Of a stretch of DNA of 64,000 nucleotides, positions 61,346-64,000 are shown piece after piece. Position 1 is the stretch's first letter, and the number at the start of each line of letters is the position of its first letter. The stretch is from Candidatus Omnitrophota bacterium. Lineage in GTDB: Bacteria; Omnitrophota; Omnitrophia; Omnitrophales; Aquincolibacteriaceae. Both the position numbers and the translations under genes were made by a program. Location of the stretch: positions 116,871-180,870 of the forward strand of contig JBDRCT010000031.1 of the NCBI GenBank assembly GCA_043821445.1. The letters run 5' to 3'. The notes under the pieces were generated by a model, which was given only the letters and a program-made list of their open reading frames with translations, was not told the origin of the DNA and made no database searches.

Positions 61346-61951
61346 ATGAAGAAGGTTAATAGCAGTTTGACATTAGCGCTCGTTGCGTTGATGGTCGTCG
61401 GTTTTGGAGTTGCCGCATACGCAGCTCCCGCGGCGAACGAGCTTGTGATCGCGGATTTTGACACCGGGGACAAGCCGAATAATATCGGCGGTGATTTCGG
61501 TGGATGGGACAAGGACCCGAACGATGAGTCCCAGGGAACCCAGATGTCTTTCGATACGGACGATAGCCAAGGGGATGCTGCCGGCTATGCGATTCGCCTC
61601 GATTACGATGTGGATTCTCCGAATCCGGCTTACAACGGTTTCTGGATGAAGCTGAACGGCGAGGATGCAACGGCTTACAACACCCTCAATTTCTACGTCA
61701 AGGGGGATGCCAAGGCCGGTTACACCAAGCGTTTCAAGATCGAGCTCAAGGACATGACGAACAAGCCTTCTGCGTATATCGTGAGCGGCATCACGGACCA
61801 GTGGCAAAAGATCTCGATCCCGTTCGAAAAGTTCCGTCGTATTGAAAACTGGAACTCTTTGAACGAGCTTGTCTTCGTTTTCGACGATATCAACTCCAGT
61901 CCGAAGACCGGGAGCATTTTGATCGACCAGATCACGTTCTCGAAGCAATAA
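61346..61951 (+). CDS. Secreted stand-alone carbohydrate-binding protein (CBM11/CIA30-like)
   Basis: Signal peptide; IADFD, LDYDV, FYVKGD, FKIELK, WQKISIPF, IDQI. Confidence 0.8.
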   Translation: MKKVNSSLTLALVALMVVGFGVAAYAAPAANELVIADFDTGDKPNNIGGDFGGWDKDPNDESQGTQMSFDTDDSQGDAAGYAIRLDYDVDSPNPAYNGFWMKLNGEDATAYNTLNFYVKGDAKAGYTKRFKIELKDMTNKPSAYIVSGITDQWQKISIPFEKFRRIENWNSLNELVFVFDDINSSPKTGSILIDQITFSKQ

Positions 61952-61981
61952 TCGAGGCGTTTTTTGGGAGAAGTTGTTTCC

Positions 61982-62019
61982 AAGCAGCCCCGCTTTAAAA
62001 AGCGGGGCTGCTTTTTTTT
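61982..62019 (+). terminator. Intrinsic terminator
   Basis: AAGCAGCCCCGCTT-taaa-AAGCGGGGCTGC followed by T8. Confidence 0.9.
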
Positions 62020-62238
62020 GTCCCCGCCCCCATTTCTCAAAACACACTTTCTGTCGAGGCGGTATTCAACTATCCGGCAGAGAATTCTTTCCTTGGAAGA
62101 TCCGGTCTCAGGGGTTAAAAGCCCACGGTTTCGGCCGATAATGTGAGAGTGTCCTGGCATAGGATAACTCCGGGGTCTCGAGGCCATGGATGTCAGGGGA
62201 GGCGGCCCAGTACCCGGAGTTCATAGAGGGTACCCTTG

Positions 62239-63810
62239 ATGGAAAAAAACGACGGCGTTTTTGTCATAAGCGCAAGCCGTATACTGCCCGCCAAGCGGTG
62301 GCAGGTTCTGCGTCTGCTCACGCGCGTTCAGGATTTCCCGCGTTTTTTACCCAATATCCTGGAATGTAAGGTCCTTTCCCGGGAGCGGAATCGCGTGGTC
62401 AGTTCCTGGCTCGTGGAAATGGAAAAGGTCCCGATCTCCTGGACGGAAGAAGAGGTCCTGGACCTTCGCCAATTCACGATCCGTTTCACGGCCCTGAAGG
62501 GCGACTTGGAGAAGTTCGAAGGCTTCTGGAAACTTGCGGAGCATCCTTCCGGAGGCACCGAACTTTTTGTCGAAGCCACCATCAAACTCGGCATTCCGGT
62601 ATTCGAGGTGGTAGCCGGAGGGATCATTGCGGCCAAAGTTCATCGCTATTTTGAATCGCTCCTAAGGGCTTTTGAAGAAGAGCTATCCAAGCGCCGCTAC
62701 GGTGGGTTGAAGGACCGCTCACCGAAGAAGGTCTCCGGCTTCGGTGTGATCGGCCATCCCTACAACATTCAGCATCTCATGAACTTTTTTCAGGCCCATC
62801 AACAAAGCCGGGCGATCCCCTCACCGGAATTTCTTGCGAAGATCTTTGAAATGACGCCCTCGTTCGAAGCGGATGCGATCCAGGAGTTCCGTTCTGCGAC
62901 TGGAAAGACCGTGAACGGCTCTCTGATCATCTGCAACATCATTCCGGACATGCTGGACCTGGACATCGGACAAGCGGTCCGCAAGGTGGTGGACGCCTGT
63001 AAGCTCGCGGAGCGCTGCGGATTCGGCATTGTGGCACTCGGCGGCTTCACGTCGATCGCAAGCGAACGTTTTGGCGATGAATTCCTTAAAATGGTGCACA
63101 TCCCCGTGACGACCGGCAACACGCTGACGGCCGCACTCGCGGTCGAACAAGTGAAAAAGGCGGCGGAACTCATGGAGCTGGATCTTTCAAAGGCGAGCGT
63201 GACGATCCTGGGTGGGGCAGGCGATATCGGGAGCGGCTGTGCGCGCGGGTTGGCCGACAAAGTCCGCGAGATCACGGTTACGAGCCGCACGGGCAAGAGT
63301 TTCGGTTGGATCAAGCGTGAGATCGCGAAGGCGGGAAAGGCGAAGGTCCGGACGAGTCTCAGCAACCGGGATGCCGTCAAAAACGCCGACATCGTGATCG
63401 CGGCCACAAGCGCGCATAAGTCCATCGTAGACGTCTCGAACCTCAAGCCCGGCGCGATCGTCTGCGACATCGGCTTTCCGAAGAACATCTCTTATTCCAG
63501 GAGTGATCGCCAGGACATCCTGGTCTTTTCAGGAGGCATCTGCGAGATCCCGTGCGACTTCCGCAATTCGTTCGATCACGGTCTTCCGAACACGAAGATC
63601 CTCTACGGGTGTTTTTCCGAGGCGATCGTGCTCGCGCTCGAGGAGCGTTTTGAACGTTTCTCATGGGGAAAAGGGAACATCACTAAGGAAAAAATGGCGG
63701 AGATCCTCGGATTAGCGGCCAAACACGGGTTTTATCCCGCGCCCTTTTTCTGGGGAGAACGGCTCTTGTCGGACAACGAGATCCGCTCGATCCGCGCCGT
63801 GTCCTTGTAG
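62239..63810 (+). CDS. SRPBCC/polyketide-cyclase domain fused to an acyl-ACP reductase (AAR)-like domain
   Basis: N-terminus FPRFLP, GDLEKFEGFW; C-terminus FGVIGH, SATGK, ALGGFTSI, TTGNT, GAGDIGS, D.GFPKN, YGCFSEA, FSWGK..IT, HGF.P. Confidence 0.88.
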   Translation: MEKNDGVFVISASRILPAKRWQVLRLLTRVQDFPRFLPNILECKVLSRERNRVVSSWLVEMEKVPISWTEEEVLDLRQFTIRFTALKGDLEKFEGFWKLAEHPSGGTELFVEATIKLGIPVFEVVAGGIIAAKVHRYFESLLRAFEEELSKRRYGGLKDRSPKKVSGFGVIGHPYNIQHLMNFFQAHQQSRAIPSPEFLAKIFEMTPSFEADAIQEFRSATGKTVNGSLIICNIIPDMLDLDIGQAVRKVVDACKLAERCGFGIVALGGFTSIASERFGDEFLKMVHIPVTTGNTLTAALAVEQVKKAAELMELDLSKASVTILGGAGDIGSGCARGLADKVREITVTSRTGKSFGWIKREIAKAGKAKVRTSLSNRDAVKNADIVIAATSAHKSIVDVSNLKPGAIVCDIGFPKNISYSRSDRQDILVFSGGICEIPCDFRNSFDHGLPNTKILYGCFSEAIVLALEERFERFSWGKGNITKEKMAEILGLAAKHGFYPAPFFWGERLLSDNEIRSIRAVSL

Positions 63811-63870
63811 AACGTAATACGAGTAACGCGCCGGGCCGCGGTTCCAGGCGCTCAACGGGGAGGACGGTCC

Positions 63871-64000
63871 TTGCTCGAATCTTTTTCATTCAACTGGTAC
63901 GCGCTTCCCGTGGGAGGGATCGGCATCCTGATGTTCCTCACGGGATTTTTCATCTATCTCCAGAACCGCCGCTCTCCCGTCAATCTCTCTTTTTTTCTGA
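63871..64000 (+). CDS. N-terminal fragment of a membrane protein (possibly a HisKA_7TM-type sensor)
   Basis: RBS GGGAGG then TTG; MLESFSFNWYALPVGGIGILMFLTGFFIYLQNRRSPVNLSFFL, open to the window edge. Confidence 0.55.
   Translation, partial: MLESFSFNWYALPVGGIGILMFLTGFFIYLQNRRSPVNLSFFL

Overview
Bacterial chromosomal window from a diderm organism (secretin, TolC). The gene repertoire suggests Ca. Omnitrophota/PVC, but that is inference. Four blocks: (1) 1-11.8 kb housekeeping run tig(3' end)-clpP-class V aminotransferase-serA-purA-uppS-cdsA-dxr-rseP-proS-dinB, whose gene junctions are filled with small palindromic elements: two MITE-like CCCCGTTAGA...T(C/G)TAACGGGG elements and three inverted 7/8-mer microsatellite hairpins; (2) 12-32.9 kb glycosylation island starting at a duplicated dinB 3' end, with GT2-GtrA, three cobalamin-type radical SAM enzymes, a methyltransferase, an FAD oxidoreductase, GT2 + DUF2304, converging on six tandem, mosaic TMTC-like (GT-C + TPR) paralogs; (3) leuCD, then a type IV pilus/T2SS-like operon led by a 44-aa-repeat membrane protein, and three pilins, two of them partly homogenised; (4) GH144+CBM9-like enzyme, XRE-cupin regulator, TolC-MFP-2xRND pump, HAMP protein, CBM11-like protein, and an SRPBCC/acyl-ACP-reductase fusion. 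Best candidates for undescribed biology: a TMTC-type protein O-glycosylation array with its own modified-sugar pathway next to Thr-rich pilins, a family of palindromic mini-elements that insert at start/stop codons, and the SRPBCC-AAR fusion. No rRNA, tRNA, CRISPR array, transposase, integrase or reverse transcriptase was recognised.
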